IMG/VR virus record: IMGVR_UViG_3300012347_000377 | Span: 224,674 to 288,673 of that record | Origin: a virus | Taxonomy: Duplodnaviria; Heunggongvirae; Uroviricota; Caudoviricetes | Direction: 5' to 3' (one strand) | DNA: 64,000 bases | In this document: positions 28,064 to 37,324 of the stretch, one piece after another | Position numbering within the stretch: position 1 is the stretch's first letter | How the letters are laid out: each line of letters opens with the position of its first letter | Made by a program: the position numbers and the translations under genes | The notes under the pieces: generated by a model | What the model saw: the letters and a program-made list of their open reading frames with translations, nothing else | What the model was told of the DNA's origin: nothing | Databases searched by the model: none

Positions 28064-28882
28064 ATGAGCGTAAAAAATAACCTTACCGAAGCTAAGATTG
28101 TAAAATCTATGTTTGAGTTGGAAACAGAAATGTTGTCACTCAAAGAATCTATATTAGAACAATTAATATTAGAAGGAGTAGATGATCCAGGTATTCTAAA
28201 ATGTGTATTTTTAGCAGGAGGGCCGGGTAGTGGTAAATCATTTACTGCTAAGGAAATCTTCGGTGTAGGTAAATCATTTACATCCTCATTCTCATCTTAC
28301 GGATTAAAATTAGTAAATTCAGATACTGCTTTTGAAGCAGAACTTAAAAAGAATGGTATTAATCCAAAAGATTTGGGTAAAATTGAAAAAGAAGACCCTA
28401 CGTTATGGGATATGATTACTAAAAATCCCGGTGGTATTAGAGATAAAGCAAAAAACATTACCCAACAACAACAATCTTTTTACGAAGCAGGTAGATTAGG
28501 ATTGATTATTGATGGAACGGGTGATGAATATTCAAAAATTAAAAAGAAAAAAGACCATGCTGAAAGTTTAGGATACGATTGTTATATGGTATTTGTAAAC
28601 ACATCATTGGAGGTTGCACAAGAACGAAACGCGAAGAGAGATAGAACTCTTCCCGAATCATTGGTTTCAGAGATATGGAAAGCATGTCAACAAAACTTAG
28701 GAAAATTCCATAATTTATTTGGTGGTAATTTTGCTATTGTAGATAATACTGTCTACAAACCCGTTGATACCGCAGTCCAAAAAGCAGTTACTCAATTTAT
28801 TACAAAACCAATTAAAAACAGAATTGGTTTGAAATGGGTTGATACTGCAAGAGCTTTAAAGAAAAGTAATATTATCAAATAA
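28064..28882 (+). CDS. P-loop kinase (zeta-toxin/AAA_33-like)
   Basis: FLAGGPGSGKS; VNSD; LIIDGTG; VNTSLEVAQERNAKRDR. Confidence 0.75.
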   Translation: MSVKNNLTEAKIVKSMFELETEMLSLKESILEQLILEGVDDPGILKCVFLAGGPGSGKSFTAKEIFGVGKSFTSSFSSYGLKLVNSDTAFEAELKKNGINPKDLGKIEKEDPTLWDMITKNPGGIRDKAKNITQQQQSFYEAGRLGLIIDGTGDEYSKIKKKKDHAESLGYDCYMVFVNTSLEVAQERNAKRDRTLPESLVSEIWKACQQNLGKFHNLFGGNFAIVDNTVYKPVDTAVQKAVTQFITKPIKNRIGLKWVDTARALKKSNIIK

Positions 28883-28914
28883 TCAATCAGGAGACTCGAT
28901 GAGAGTTACGTTAA

Positions 28915-29061
28915 ATGGCAAAAGCTAAAGGTGGTGCAACTACATCAACTGCTCACAAAACAACAAAAGTATCAAGACCAGGTGTTCACGCTAAAACTAA
29001 AACATCGGTTCACAAACATAGTAAAAACTACAAAAAGGCTTATAGAGGTCAAGGTAGATAA
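28915..29061 (+). CDS. 48-aa highly basic phage protein (not in ORF track)
   Basis: Manual translation MAKAKGGATTSTAHKTTKVSRPGVHAKTKTSVHKHSKNYKKAYRGQGR. Confidence 0.7.
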   Translation: MAKAKGGATTSTAHKTTKVSRPGVHAKTKTSVHKHSKNYKKAYRGQGR

Positions 29062-29076
29062 TAATAAAAATTAGTT

Positions 29077-30000
29077 ATGAGGTATAGGAATATTGCTTTC
29101 TTTGGTGATTCCTTTACTTGGGGTGAAGGGTTGGAGTTATATTCATCTAACCAAAAATGGATAACGCAACGCAATAACAAATCAACTTGGATGGAAATTC
29201 AACCAATTCAAGATGAGGAATCTATATTATTTAGAGAATCAAATCGATTTCCAAAACTCGTAACAACTCATTTCAAATCAAATTTACTAATTGATCATCA
29301 GAATGGTGGTTCATTTCGTAGTTTAATGGTAAAATTAAATCCAATACTCAACGATTTAAATAAACCCGAAATCCTCATATATCAATTCTCATCATTTAAC
29401 AGAAATGATATATGTTTTGAAGAAGATTCTAGCAATTTCAATTGTAAATGTAATATATGTGAGGTTAGTGCTAAGTATGATGCTTCCTGGCCAATTACAT
29501 TCGATGTGATATATAAGATTATTAGCGATATACACTATGGTAATCTAACGGAGTATCAACAACATCTAAAAAAACAATTTTCTATTAAATACGATATTGA
29601 TTTTAATTTACCAATTGATGTTTTAATTGATTCAGTTAAAACTATTGAAATAAAGAAATCAAAAATACATTTAGAATATTTGTTTAATACTTACTTTAAG
29701 AAATTAGAATCCGATGGTGTAGCTATATTTTTTATTGATACGTGGGATAATCTGGCTAGAGAATCTTTATTTAAAAATGAATATTTTGTAGAAAGAGTAA
29801 TTCCATTGATTGGGTATGATGATAATTCTTATGTAAATTATTCAGAATGGGAATCTACATTTGAATATAGAAGAATTGTAGATGAATTCCCAAAAACAGA
29901 AAACGCACATCCAACGTTATTACAACATCAGTATATTGGAAAATCAATAATTGATTTTTTAGAGAAAAAAAACATTAAAAATAAAATTAAGTATATTTAA
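29077..30000 (+). CDS. SGNH/GDSL-fold protein (paralog 5)
   Basis: FFGDSFTWGEG; QNGGS; NAHPTLLQH. Confidence 0.72.
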   Translation: MRYRNIAFFGDSFTWGEGLELYSSNQKWITQRNNKSTWMEIQPIQDEESILFRESNRFPKLVTTHFKSNLLIDHQNGGSFRSLMVKLNPILNDLNKPEILIYQFSSFNRNDICFEEDSSNFNCKCNICEVSAKYDASWPITFDVIYKIISDIHYGNLTEYQQHLKKQFSIKYDIDFNLPIDVLIDSVKTIEIKKSKIHLEYLFNTYFKKLESDGVAIFFIDTWDNLARESLFKNEYFVERVIPLIGYDDNSYVNYSEWESTFEYRRIVDEFPKTENAHPTLLQHQYIGKSIIDFLEKKNIKNKIKYI

Positions 30001-30033
30001 TCATATTAAACTAACGAGGGATATATTGATTAT

Positions 30034-30195
30034 ATGACAAATTTAACTGAAGAAATCGGCAGAATCTGTAATTTATTAGAGGATGCATACGAAGAACAAA
30101 ACTGGCAGATAGTAAAAAAAATGATAGAAGCTTTAGATAAAATCTATAATGATTTAGATAGAGCAGATAATGGTTTCATAGATTATGAAGATTAA
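30034..30195 (+). CDS. Small acidic hypothetical protein (53 aa, not in track)
   Basis: Manual translation MTNLTEEIGRICNLLEDAYEEQNW... Confidence 0.5.
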   Translation: MTNLTEEIGRICNLLEDAYEEQNWQIVKKMIEALDKIYNDLDRADNGFIDYED

Positions 30196-30574
30196 CGTAG
30201 ATATACGATTACCAAAAAAAGTAGAAAAAATTTGGGGTTATGAATTATGGATACACAATGATTCCGAATATTGTGGAAAATTGTTAGTATTCAATAATGA
30301 AGGTGATAAATTTTCAATGCATTATCATTTGAAGAAAAAAGAAAGTTGGTTTGTTCAAAACGGGTCTTTCATTTTTGATTGGATAGATGTTGAAGAAGCC
30401 AAACTATGTTCAAAGGTAATCAAACCCGGTGATTCCGTTTTAATTGAAAGAGGATTACCACATCAATTAGTTGCATTAGAATCCGGTTCTACTATATTTG
30501 AGGTGAGCACTGAACATTTTGATGAAGATTCATACCGAATTTATAGAGATACACCCAACGATTTAAAAAAATAA
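30185..30574 (+). CDS. Cupin (sugar-phosphate isomerase-like)
   Basis: VEKIWGYELW; FSMHYHLKKKESW; GLPHQL; EVST. Confidence 0.8.
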   Translation: MKINVDIRLPKKVEKIWGYELWIHNDSEYCGKLLVFNNEGDKFSMHYHLKKKESWFVQNGSFIFDWIDVEEAKLCSKVIKPGDSVLIERGLPHQLVALESGSTIFEVSTEHFDEDSYRIYRDTPNDLKK

Positions 30575-30575
30575 T

Positions 30576-30749
30576 ATGTCATACATTGTAAAGTATTTAT
30601 CAAATATTGAAGATTTGAAAAGGGAATTGGAAACAACACCTGAAAATATCAGATATTATGCTAAATATGAAGGGTTCGAGGGTTCATCTGAATCCATTGA
30701 TTACATTGATGAGAAATTAGCAGAATACATTCTAAACAAATCTAAATGA
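30576..30749 (+). CDS. Small hypothetical protein (57 aa, not in track)
   Basis: Manual translation MSYIVKYLSNIEDLKRELE...; stop overlaps the next ATG. Confidence 0.5.
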   Translation: MSYIVKYLSNIEDLKRELETTPENIRYYAKYEGFEGSSESIDYIDEKLAEYILNKSK

Positions 30750-32071
30750 TATATCCATTTTCTATATTGGATACTCGTACTAAGGAATGGAAAGATAGAA
30801 AAAATTGGTGGATACAAACCCACAATATTCAATCTGAACTTGGTAGAGAAGAAACTCAATCTAAAACCATATTTTGGGAATCGGAAACAAACGTATCAGT
30901 TTTCGATCCATTTTTATGCGAGTTGATGTATGATTGGTTTTGTCCAAAAAATGGTAGAGTATTAGACCCATTTGCAGGAGGAAGTGTAAGAGGAATCGTA
31001 GCATCAGAAATGGGATTTAACTATACCGGTATTGATATATCCTATACACAAATAAAAGCAAATAAATTGCAATCTTATAAACCCGATTGGATAATTGGCG
31101 ATAGTAATGTTGTATTAGATTATTTAAGTGATGATGAATATGATTTTGTATTTACTTGCCCACCATACCATGATTTAGAAATATATTCAGATAATCCAAA
31201 AGATATTTCAACTATGGGTTATGATGAGTTTTTAGTATCATTGGAATCTATATTATCTAAATCAGTTTTCAAATTGAAAAACAATCGATTTGTCGGTATA
31301 GTTGTATCTGAAATCAGAGAACAATCTAAGACCGGAGATTATAAGATTGGTAAGTATCGAGGGTTCGTCCCATCCGTTATTCAAATGTGTGAAAAAATGG
31401 GATTATCATTTTACAATGATATGATACTAATGAATTCACAGCATCAGGCAAGTAGAGTTGCAAAGACATACTTTGATAGAAATAGAAAAACGGCATCAAT
31501 TCACCAAAACATCTTAATTTTCGTAAAAGGAAATCCCGATATAGCAACAGAACTAATTACAAATGGAAACAATTTCATATGTTCTGTTGATGGTATTCAG
31601 TATCGTTCATTTAGAGAAGCAGCAATATCAATCAATCCCAACGAATTGGTTGCATCTGAAGTTGAAAGAAGATGTCGTTCCACTAAATCCAAATATAAAG
31701 ATTGGCAAATCATCGGTGAAGAAACGAATCCACATATAAAATACGAAGTAGATGGTATTCCATTTGAAAATCCTAAACAAATATCAGATTTAATAGGAGG
31801 AGATTTTACCGAAACTATGGCTAGAAACCGAATTGAATCCAATAACCCACAATACAGACATTGGAAAAGGGTAGATATTAAAGATATTACTTATATGAAT
31901 ATGAAAGAAATGTGGGAACAGAATATCCGGTTGGATTTACCTACAATTTCATGCGAAGGTATTGAGTTTCAATCAATTAAGGATGCAGCTAAATACTTCA
32001 ATTTATCTGATGAAAGGATTAGACAAAAATTGAAAGACCCCAACGAAAAAAACTTCAAAACTTTATACTAA
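30746..32071 (+). CDS. Amino-DNA methyltransferase (N6A/N4C type) with C-terminal NUMOD1-like HTH repeats
   Basis: VLDPFAGGS (motif I); FTCPPY (motif IV); repeats DGIQYRSFREAA / DGIPFENPKQIS / EGIEFQSIKDAAKYF. Confidence 0.75.
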   Translation: MIYPFSILDTRTKEWKDRKNWWIQTHNIQSELGREETQSKTIFWESETNVSVFDPFLCELMYDWFCPKNGRVLDPFAGGSVRGIVASEMGFNYTGIDISYTQIKANKLQSYKPDWIIGDSNVVLDYLSDDEYDFVFTCPPYHDLEIYSDNPKDISTMGYDEFLVSLESILSKSVFKLKNNRFVGIVVSEIREQSKTGDYKIGKYRGFVPSVIQMCEKMGLSFYNDMILMNSQHQASRVAKTYFDRNRKTASIHQNILIFVKGNPDIATELITNGNNFICSVDGIQYRSFREAAISINPNELVASEVERRCRSTKSKYKDWQIIGEETNPHIKYEVDGIPFENPKQISDLIGGDFTETMARNRIESNNPQYRHWKRVDIKDITYMNMKEMWEQNIRLDLPTISCEGIEFQSIKDAAKYFNLSDERIRQKLKDPNEKNFKTLY

Positions 32072-32075
32072 AAAA

Positions 32076-32115
32076 TTTGGATATATGGAAAAAAGGTCGT
32101 ATATTAGCTTTATAA
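32076..32115 (+). promoter_or_regulatory. Early-type promoter, TTAGCT class
   Basis: TTTG-N20-TATATTAGCTTTATAA. Confidence 0.8.
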
Positions 32116-32146
32116 GATTGAGAGATAATAATTAAAACTTAAACAT

Positions 32147-34249
32147 ATGACACAATATTCAAACAAATCACATTCATCTTACTGGTTACGCGATTGGGAC
32201 GAAGATGAAATCATTTCAAAAAGCTTTACTGAAAACGAACGTAAAACACATGACCTTTATAAGTTATCAGGTGTTCAACGTGCTATTTCCAACTTCGTAA
32301 ATATCGTAACGAATCAACAAATTCCTGTGAAGTTTAACACTCGTGGTAATTCTTACACCGATGGTGAGGTTGTTGTTATTGGTGCTAATGTAGTTGAACC
32401 GAAAGATTTTGATGTGGCAGTAGGTTTGGCACTTCACGAAGGTTCTCACATTAAATTATCCGATTTTAACTTACTACAAAACATTTATAGTTTAGTTCCC
32501 AAATCGGTTACGGATGATGCAATTAAATTGGGAATTTATAATTCAATTGCTACCATCAAAAATCTTTGGAATTATGTTGAAGATAGACGAATTGATAATT
32601 TTGTATTCAACTCAGCTCCTGGTTATCGTGAGTATTATCGTTCTATGTATGATAAGTATTTCAATGACCCGATGATTGATAAAGGTTTGACATCAGATGA
32701 ATATACAGATGAAACAATTGATTCATATATGTTCCGAATCATCAACCTTCATAACAAAAATACTGACATTACTAAATTAAAAGGATTACCTGAAATTTAC
32801 AAATTGGTTGGATTGGGTTCGATTGACCGATTAAAATCTTCACAAGATACATTCGATGTTGCGTTAGACATCTTTAAAGTTATGTTGAATAATTTAACAC
32901 CAATTCCACAAGATGATACTAAAGATGATTCTGGTGAGGGTGAAACTGATGAAACTCAAGAAGGTGAAGGTGAAACTACTGAAGGACAAAATGGTGGTGG
33001 TGATTCAAATGAAAATGGTGAAGATTCTCCGGCTGATTCAAATGGTGGTGGTTCATCTCAAATGAGTGGTGATTCAAATGAAACTGATAATGGTGATGGT
33101 TCTATGGATGCTAGTGATGCTCCTACTATGGGTGGTAAAGAAACTAATTCAAATAGTAATGATGGTAAACCTTCAGACCTTACTCAAAAACAAAAGGACT
33201 TACTTAAAAAGAAAATCCAAAAACAAAATGATTTTATGAATGGTAATTTGACTAAAAAATCAATTACTAAAACAGAATCGAATTCATTGGATGCAATCGA
33301 AGAAGCTGGTTCTGAAGTTAAGACGGTTGGTAATGAAGTTCAAAACCCACATGGTAGATTTCAGAAGGGTACGGGATGTATCGTTATTAATAAATTAACT
33401 AAGAAGTTGTTAAACTCTGATATTTTTCCATTAACCTACATCGATTGGAATACTAAAGAGGCACGTAGACAATATGAATCTGAAGTTAATAAAGGTATTC
33501 AAATTGGAACTATCTTAGGTAAGAGATTACAGGTTAGAAGTGAATCAAGAACAACGATTTACAACAGACAGAGAGTTGGTAAAATTGATAAACGTTTAAT
33601 TTCAACATTAGGTTTTGGTAATGAAAATGTGTTTAGTATTTTCGAAACCGATTCATATAAGAAAGCCAATTTACATATTTCATTAGATGCATCTGGTTCA
33701 ATGAGTGGTGATAAATGGAGACAGACAGTAGTTAATACAATGGCTTTAATTAAGGCGGTTGATATGATTCAAAACCTTTCGGTTCAAGTTTCAATCCGAA
33801 CTACTAATAACAATTCAGTTCCTTATGTAGTTATGGCTTATGATTCTCGTGTTGATAAGATTTCTAAGGCTAAAGAAGTTTTCACTTGTATCACTCCCGG
33901 TGGAACTACTCCAGAAGGATTATGTTTCGAAGCAATTTCCAATCGATTCATCTCTGCAGGTGGTGATTTTGATTCATACTTCTTAAACATTTCAGATGGT
34001 GAACCATATTTTGAGGGTGCTGGATTTACTTATCAAGGTGAGGCTGCTTTCAATCACACTGCAAAGATGGTGAAACAAATTGAAGGAATGGGTATTAAAA
34101 CACTTTCTTACTTTGTTGCTGAAGGTGGTTATTCAAATGAACCATCGAGAGGATTCCGTAAGATGTATGGTAAAGGTGCTAAGGCTATCGATGTGACAAA
34201 CGTAGCACAAATTACTAAGACAATGAACGAGTTATTCCTTACAAAATAA
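32147..34249 (+). CDS. Metallopeptidase-like (HExxH) + acidic linker + VWA protein (CobT-like MoxR partner)
   Basis: GLALHEGSH; WNYVEDRRID; D/E/G/S linker; MIDAS LDASGSM, GGTTP, ISDGEP. Confidence 0.85.
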   Translation: MTQYSNKSHSSYWLRDWDEDEIISKSFTENERKTHDLYKLSGVQRAISNFVNIVTNQQIPVKFNTRGNSYTDGEVVVIGANVVEPKDFDVAVGLALHEGSHIKLSDFNLLQNIYSLVPKSVTDDAIKLGIYNSIATIKNLWNYVEDRRIDNFVFNSAPGYREYYRSMYDKYFNDPMIDKGLTSDEYTDETIDSYMFRIINLHNKNTDITKLKGLPEIYKLVGLGSIDRLKSSQDTFDVALDIFKVMLNNLTPIPQDDTKDDSGEGETDETQEGEGETTEGQNGGGDSNENGEDSPADSNGGGSSQMSGDSNETDNGDGSMDASDAPTMGGKETNSNSNDGKPSDLTQKQKDLLKKKIQKQNDFMNGNLTKKSITKTESNSLDAIEEAGSEVKTVGNEVQNPHGRFQKGTGCIVINKLTKKLLNSDIFPLTYIDWNTKEARRQYESEVNKGIQIGTILGKRLQVRSESRTTIYNRQRVGKIDKRLISTLGFGNENVFSIFETDSYKKANLHISLDASGSMSGDKWRQTVVNTMALIKAVDMIQNLSVQVSIRTTNNNSVPYVVMAYDSRVDKISKAKEVFTCITPGGTTPEGLCFEAISNRFISAGGDFDSYFLNISDGEPYFEGAGFTYQGEAAFNHTAKMVKQIEGMGIKTLSYFVAEGGYSNEPSRGFRKMYGKGAKAIDVTNVAQITKTMNELFLTK

Positions 34250-34272
34250 AAGATTGATAATCAATAACTTAT

Positions 34273-34301
34273 AACCCATCAATCGATGGGTTATTTTTTT
34301 T
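34273..34301 (+). terminator. Intrinsic terminator
   Basis: AACCCATC-aatc-GATGGGTT followed by a T-run. Confidence 0.8.
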
Positions 34302-34334
34302 TGTAAAAATAATCAAAAAATAATTGAATAAATG

Positions 34335-34374
34335 TTTGGATAATTCAGAAAAAAGCCCTATATTAGCTTTATAA
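34335..34374 (+). promoter_or_regulatory. Early-type promoter, TTAGCT class
   Basis: TTTG-N20-TATATTAGCTTTATAA. Confidence 0.8.
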
Positions 34375-34385
34375 GAATGAGAGAT

Positions 34386-34451
34386 ATGAAATATATGATT
34401 TTTGATTTAATGATGATGGGATTTCGGGTGTTAAAAATGTTAGGATATTAA
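34386..34451 (+). CDS. 21-aa hydrophobic micro-peptide (not in track)
   Basis: MKYMIFDLMMMGFRVLKMLGY directly behind its own promoter, GAGATATG start context. Confidence 0.45.
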   Translation: MKYMIFDLMMMGFRVLKMLGY

Positions 34452-34471
34452 CAAAAATAAACCCAAAATAA

Positions 34472-34520
34472 TTTGGATAATTCAGCATTAATTCGTATAT
34501 TAGCTAAGTAATAAGAGATA
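34472..34520 (+). promoter_or_regulatory. Early-type promoter, TTAGCT class
   Basis: TTTG-N20-TATATTAGCTAAGTAATAAGAGATA. Confidence 0.8.
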
Positions 34521-34549
34521 AACATTTAAACATATAAACAATAAACATT

Positions 34550-35761
34550 ATGAAAAAAGATTTTAATTTCGGTTTAGTAGCCAATGAGGTTTACAAAGTA
34601 GAGGCGTTCGGTAATTCATTTAAGTTAATCGATACAAAAGGTAATAAGGTTGGAACATTAGGTGCAACAACTATGACTCGTAAAGATGCCTTTAATGAAG
34701 GTAAAGCGGTTCAAGCGTTTGTGAACAAAAATGGTAAGAAAACATTCCGAAAAGTAAGTATGGATGTTTATAATAATTTAGTTGCTCCAATGAATACTGA
34801 TAATGGTAAGGTTCAATTGGAAGATAATTTTGACCATTCTGCTATTAAGGATTTTATCCACAAAAGTTCTGTATCACTTAAACCACAAGAGATGGTTATT
34901 ACGGATTTGAAATGGAAATACTTAATCCGTTCAGCAGTTCGTGCTAAAAACATTATGATGACTGGTCCTGCTGGTTGTGGTAAAACTATGGCTGCAAAGG
35001 CATTGGTTAAAGCATTAGATAGACCTGATTTCTACTTTAACTTAGGTGCAACACAAGACCCGCGTGCTACCTTAATCGGTAATACTCACTTCGATAAAAA
35101 TAAGGGAACGTTCTTCTCTCAATCAGCATTCGTTTCGGCAATCAAAACTCCAAATGCAGTAATCTTATTAGATGAGTTGAGCCGTGCTCACCCTGATGCT
35201 TGGAATATCTTAATGACCGTTTTAGATGGTGGACAACGTTATTTACGTTTGGATGAGGCAGATGGTTCACCGATTGTAAAAGTTGCTGATGGTGTAACGT
35301 TCATCGCAACTGCCAACATCGGTAATGAATATACTTCTACTCGTGTGATGGATAGAGCGATTTTAGACCGTTTCGTAACGATTGAAATGGATGTTCTAAA
35401 TGATGAACAAGAATACGGATTATTAAAATATATGTTTCCAGAAGTATCTGATGACAACTTAAAAGCAATTTCAGAAATTGCTCATCACACTCGAGTTCAA
35501 TCTCTAAGTGATGCTGGAAAAGTGACATCGATGGTTTCAACTAGAGCATCAGTTGAAATGGCTGGATTAATCTACGATGGATTTGATTTGTTCGAAGCCG
35601 CTGAGATTTCAATCTTCCCATTCTTCTCAAATGATGGTGGGGTTGATTCTGAAAGAACTTACATCAAACAATTGGTTCAAAAGTATATTAAGGATGAGAA
35701 AGCTGACCCGTTATTCAATGAGATTCCGGTGAATGAAGTTGACGAAATCCCAATGTTCTAA
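34550..35761 (+). CDS. MoxR/CobS-like AAA+ ATPase (AAA_5)
   Basis: GPAGCGKT; ILLDELSRA; FIATANIG; DRAILDRF; STR sensor. Confidence 0.9.
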   Translation: MKKDFNFGLVANEVYKVEAFGNSFKLIDTKGNKVGTLGATTMTRKDAFNEGKAVQAFVNKNGKKTFRKVSMDVYNNLVAPMNTDNGKVQLEDNFDHSAIKDFIHKSSVSLKPQEMVITDLKWKYLIRSAVRAKNIMMTGPAGCGKTMAAKALVKALDRPDFYFNLGATQDPRATLIGNTHFDKNKGTFFSQSAFVSAIKTPNAVILLDELSRAHPDAWNILMTVLDGGQRYLRLDEADGSPIVKVADGVTFIATANIGNEYTSTRVMDRAILDRFVTIEMDVLNDEQEYGLLKYMFPEVSDDNLKAISEIAHHTRVQSLSDAGKVTSMVSTRASVEMAGLIYDGFDLFEAAEISIFPFFSNDGGVDSERTYIKQLVQKYIKDEKADPLFNEIPVNEVDEIPMF

Positions 35762-35776
35762 GAACTAAATACTAAA

Positions 35777-35803
35777 TAAAAAGGGATGTAATATCCCTTT
35801 TTT
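35777..35803 (+). terminator. Intrinsic terminator
   Basis: AAAAGGGAT-gtaat-ATCCCTTTT followed by a T-run. Confidence 0.8.
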
Positions 35804-35817
35804 TAATTTGTTTGAAA

Positions 35818-36057
35818 ATGAGTAATTATAATCATTTTAGTGAAAATCATAAGTGGTTTTTTCCTAAGTTTATGGAGTGGTATTGGAAATCAATTCAGAA
35901 CGAAGATCCAAATTTTATATTGGGATTTCATGCTGATGTATCAATTGCAGATTATGAATTTATATATTCTTTATGGCGAAATGGGGTAGATTCATATGAT
36001 GATAAGATGAAGGAAAGATTAAATAAATTACGTGGAATTTATATTGCAAATAATTAG
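35818..36057 (+). CDS. Small protein of the 'Y..LN..R..Y' paralog family
   Basis: GVDSYDDKMKERLNKLRGIY. Confidence 0.5.
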   Translation: MSNYNHFSENHKWFFPKFMEWYWKSIQNEDPNFILGFHADVSIADYEFIYSLWRNGVDSYDDKMKERLNKLRGIYIANN

Positions 36058-36085
36058 GATATATGGAAAACATTTCGTATATTTG
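36054..36085 (+). promoter_or_regulatory. Host-type promoter
   Basis: TTAG-N20-TATATTTG. Confidence 0.7.
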
Positions 36086-36106
36086 CTATGTAATAAAAGA
36101 TAAGAT

Positions 36107-36523
36107 ATGAGCAAATACAAATTCAAAAATCGCAAGTTCCCAAAACAATTTCAAAAAGTTGTGGATTTCATCAAAGCTAAAAAAGGTATTGATGTTCAAT
36201 TATCACAATCGACTTGTTTTATGGGTCACTTCACTCGCGTGATTAATATTCATCACAATTACGATTTGAATAATAACGGATTGTTTGCTTTATTACATGA
36301 ATGTGGTCATTCATTACAACCGGCTAACAATGTTGGTGTGAATGCTTATAAGAATATTGATTCCGATGAACATCCTAAGAAATTTGTATTAGGTCGATTA
36401 ATGAATGAGATTGATGCATGGAATAGAGGATTGGAAATTGCTTCTGATTTAGGTTTAGAAATCGATATGAAACAATGGGAGAAAGAAAAAGAAGAAGCAT
36501 TAGTAACTTATTTAGAACTATAA
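36107..36523 (+). CDS. Small HExxH metallopeptidase-like protein (ImmA/IrrE-like)
   Basis: ALLHECGHSLQ...NEIDAWNRG. Confidence 0.7.
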   Translation: MSKYKFKNRKFPKQFQKVVDFIKAKKGIDVQLSQSTCFMGHFTRVINIHHNYDLNNNGLFALLHECGHSLQPANNVGVNAYKNIDSDEHPKKFVLGRLMNEIDAWNRGLEIASDLGLEIDMKQWEKEKEEALVTYLEL

Positions 36524-36524
36524 T

Positions 36525-36734
36525 ATGAAATCACTTTTACGAACTGAATGGATTAACGATCCGGAGTTAAAAAAATGGAATGGTGTAAGTTGTGTTGAAA
36601 TCAATATCTGTAATTGTAATACATCAGATCATCAAATAGAACTATGTGAACATGATTCATGTAGTATAGGTAGAATCGATACTACTATTTGCACTGAATG
36701 CAATGTAATTGTGGGGTTTGATATAATCCGTTAA
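36525..36734 (+). CDS. Cys-rich small protein (probable Zn-binding)
   Basis: CNC...C...C...CTEC. Confidence 0.45.
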   Translation: MKSLLRTEWINDPELKKWNGVSCVEINICNCNTSDHQIELCEHDSCSIGRIDTTICTECNVIVGFDIIR

Positions 36735-37015
36735 ACAATAAAAAAATGATAGAACAACTAATAGTATTTGCAATTGTATGTGTATTATTGACACCGATTA
36801 TGTGGTTATGGGTAAAAGGCATTGATTATATGCAAGAGAATCATCCTGATTATAAAGGTGATGATTTATTTGGCAACTTTGAAGAAGATAAAATTAAAGA
36901 TTAAATATGGATAAAAAAGACCAGTGGATGGAAGATTTGGTAAAAAAATATAAAATACCAACCGAACCTGCTACACCAAAAATTTTAACAGAACAACAAA
37001 TAAAAATTATCAAAG

Positions 37016-37324
37016 ATGGGAAAACTAAAAAATGAGATGTTTGACAATTTATCTCAACAAGAATTAGATGAAATATTTTTTAATCAAATAAAGATGGATG
37101 AGTCAGATTATCAGGCTTGGTTAGAATCGGATGATTACATTAATATGGTTAATGAACAATTAGATGCATGTAAACCATCGTATTCAGATATGGATGTGTA
37201 TCATGCTCTACAATACGCTTTAGATTCCATGAGTGTATATCCAGAAGAAGTTGGTAAGGATGTGTATGGTAAATTAATTCACGAAAAAGTATTTGAATAC
37301 TTAAACAATCAAAATGGATTATAA
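37016..37324 (+). CDS. Hypothetical protein
   Basis: Acidic ORF in operon. Confidence 0.45.
   Translation: MGKLKNEMFDNLSQQELDEIFFNQIKMDESDYQAWLESDDYINMVNEQLDACKPSYSDMDVYHALQYALDSMSVYPEEVGKDVYGKLIHEKVFEYLNNQNGL

Noticed and set aside
28064-28882. Epsilon-zeta toxin-antitoxin module
   Set aside because: No antitoxin-like partner. The fold is shared by many kinases, and the N-terminus resembles the packaging leader.
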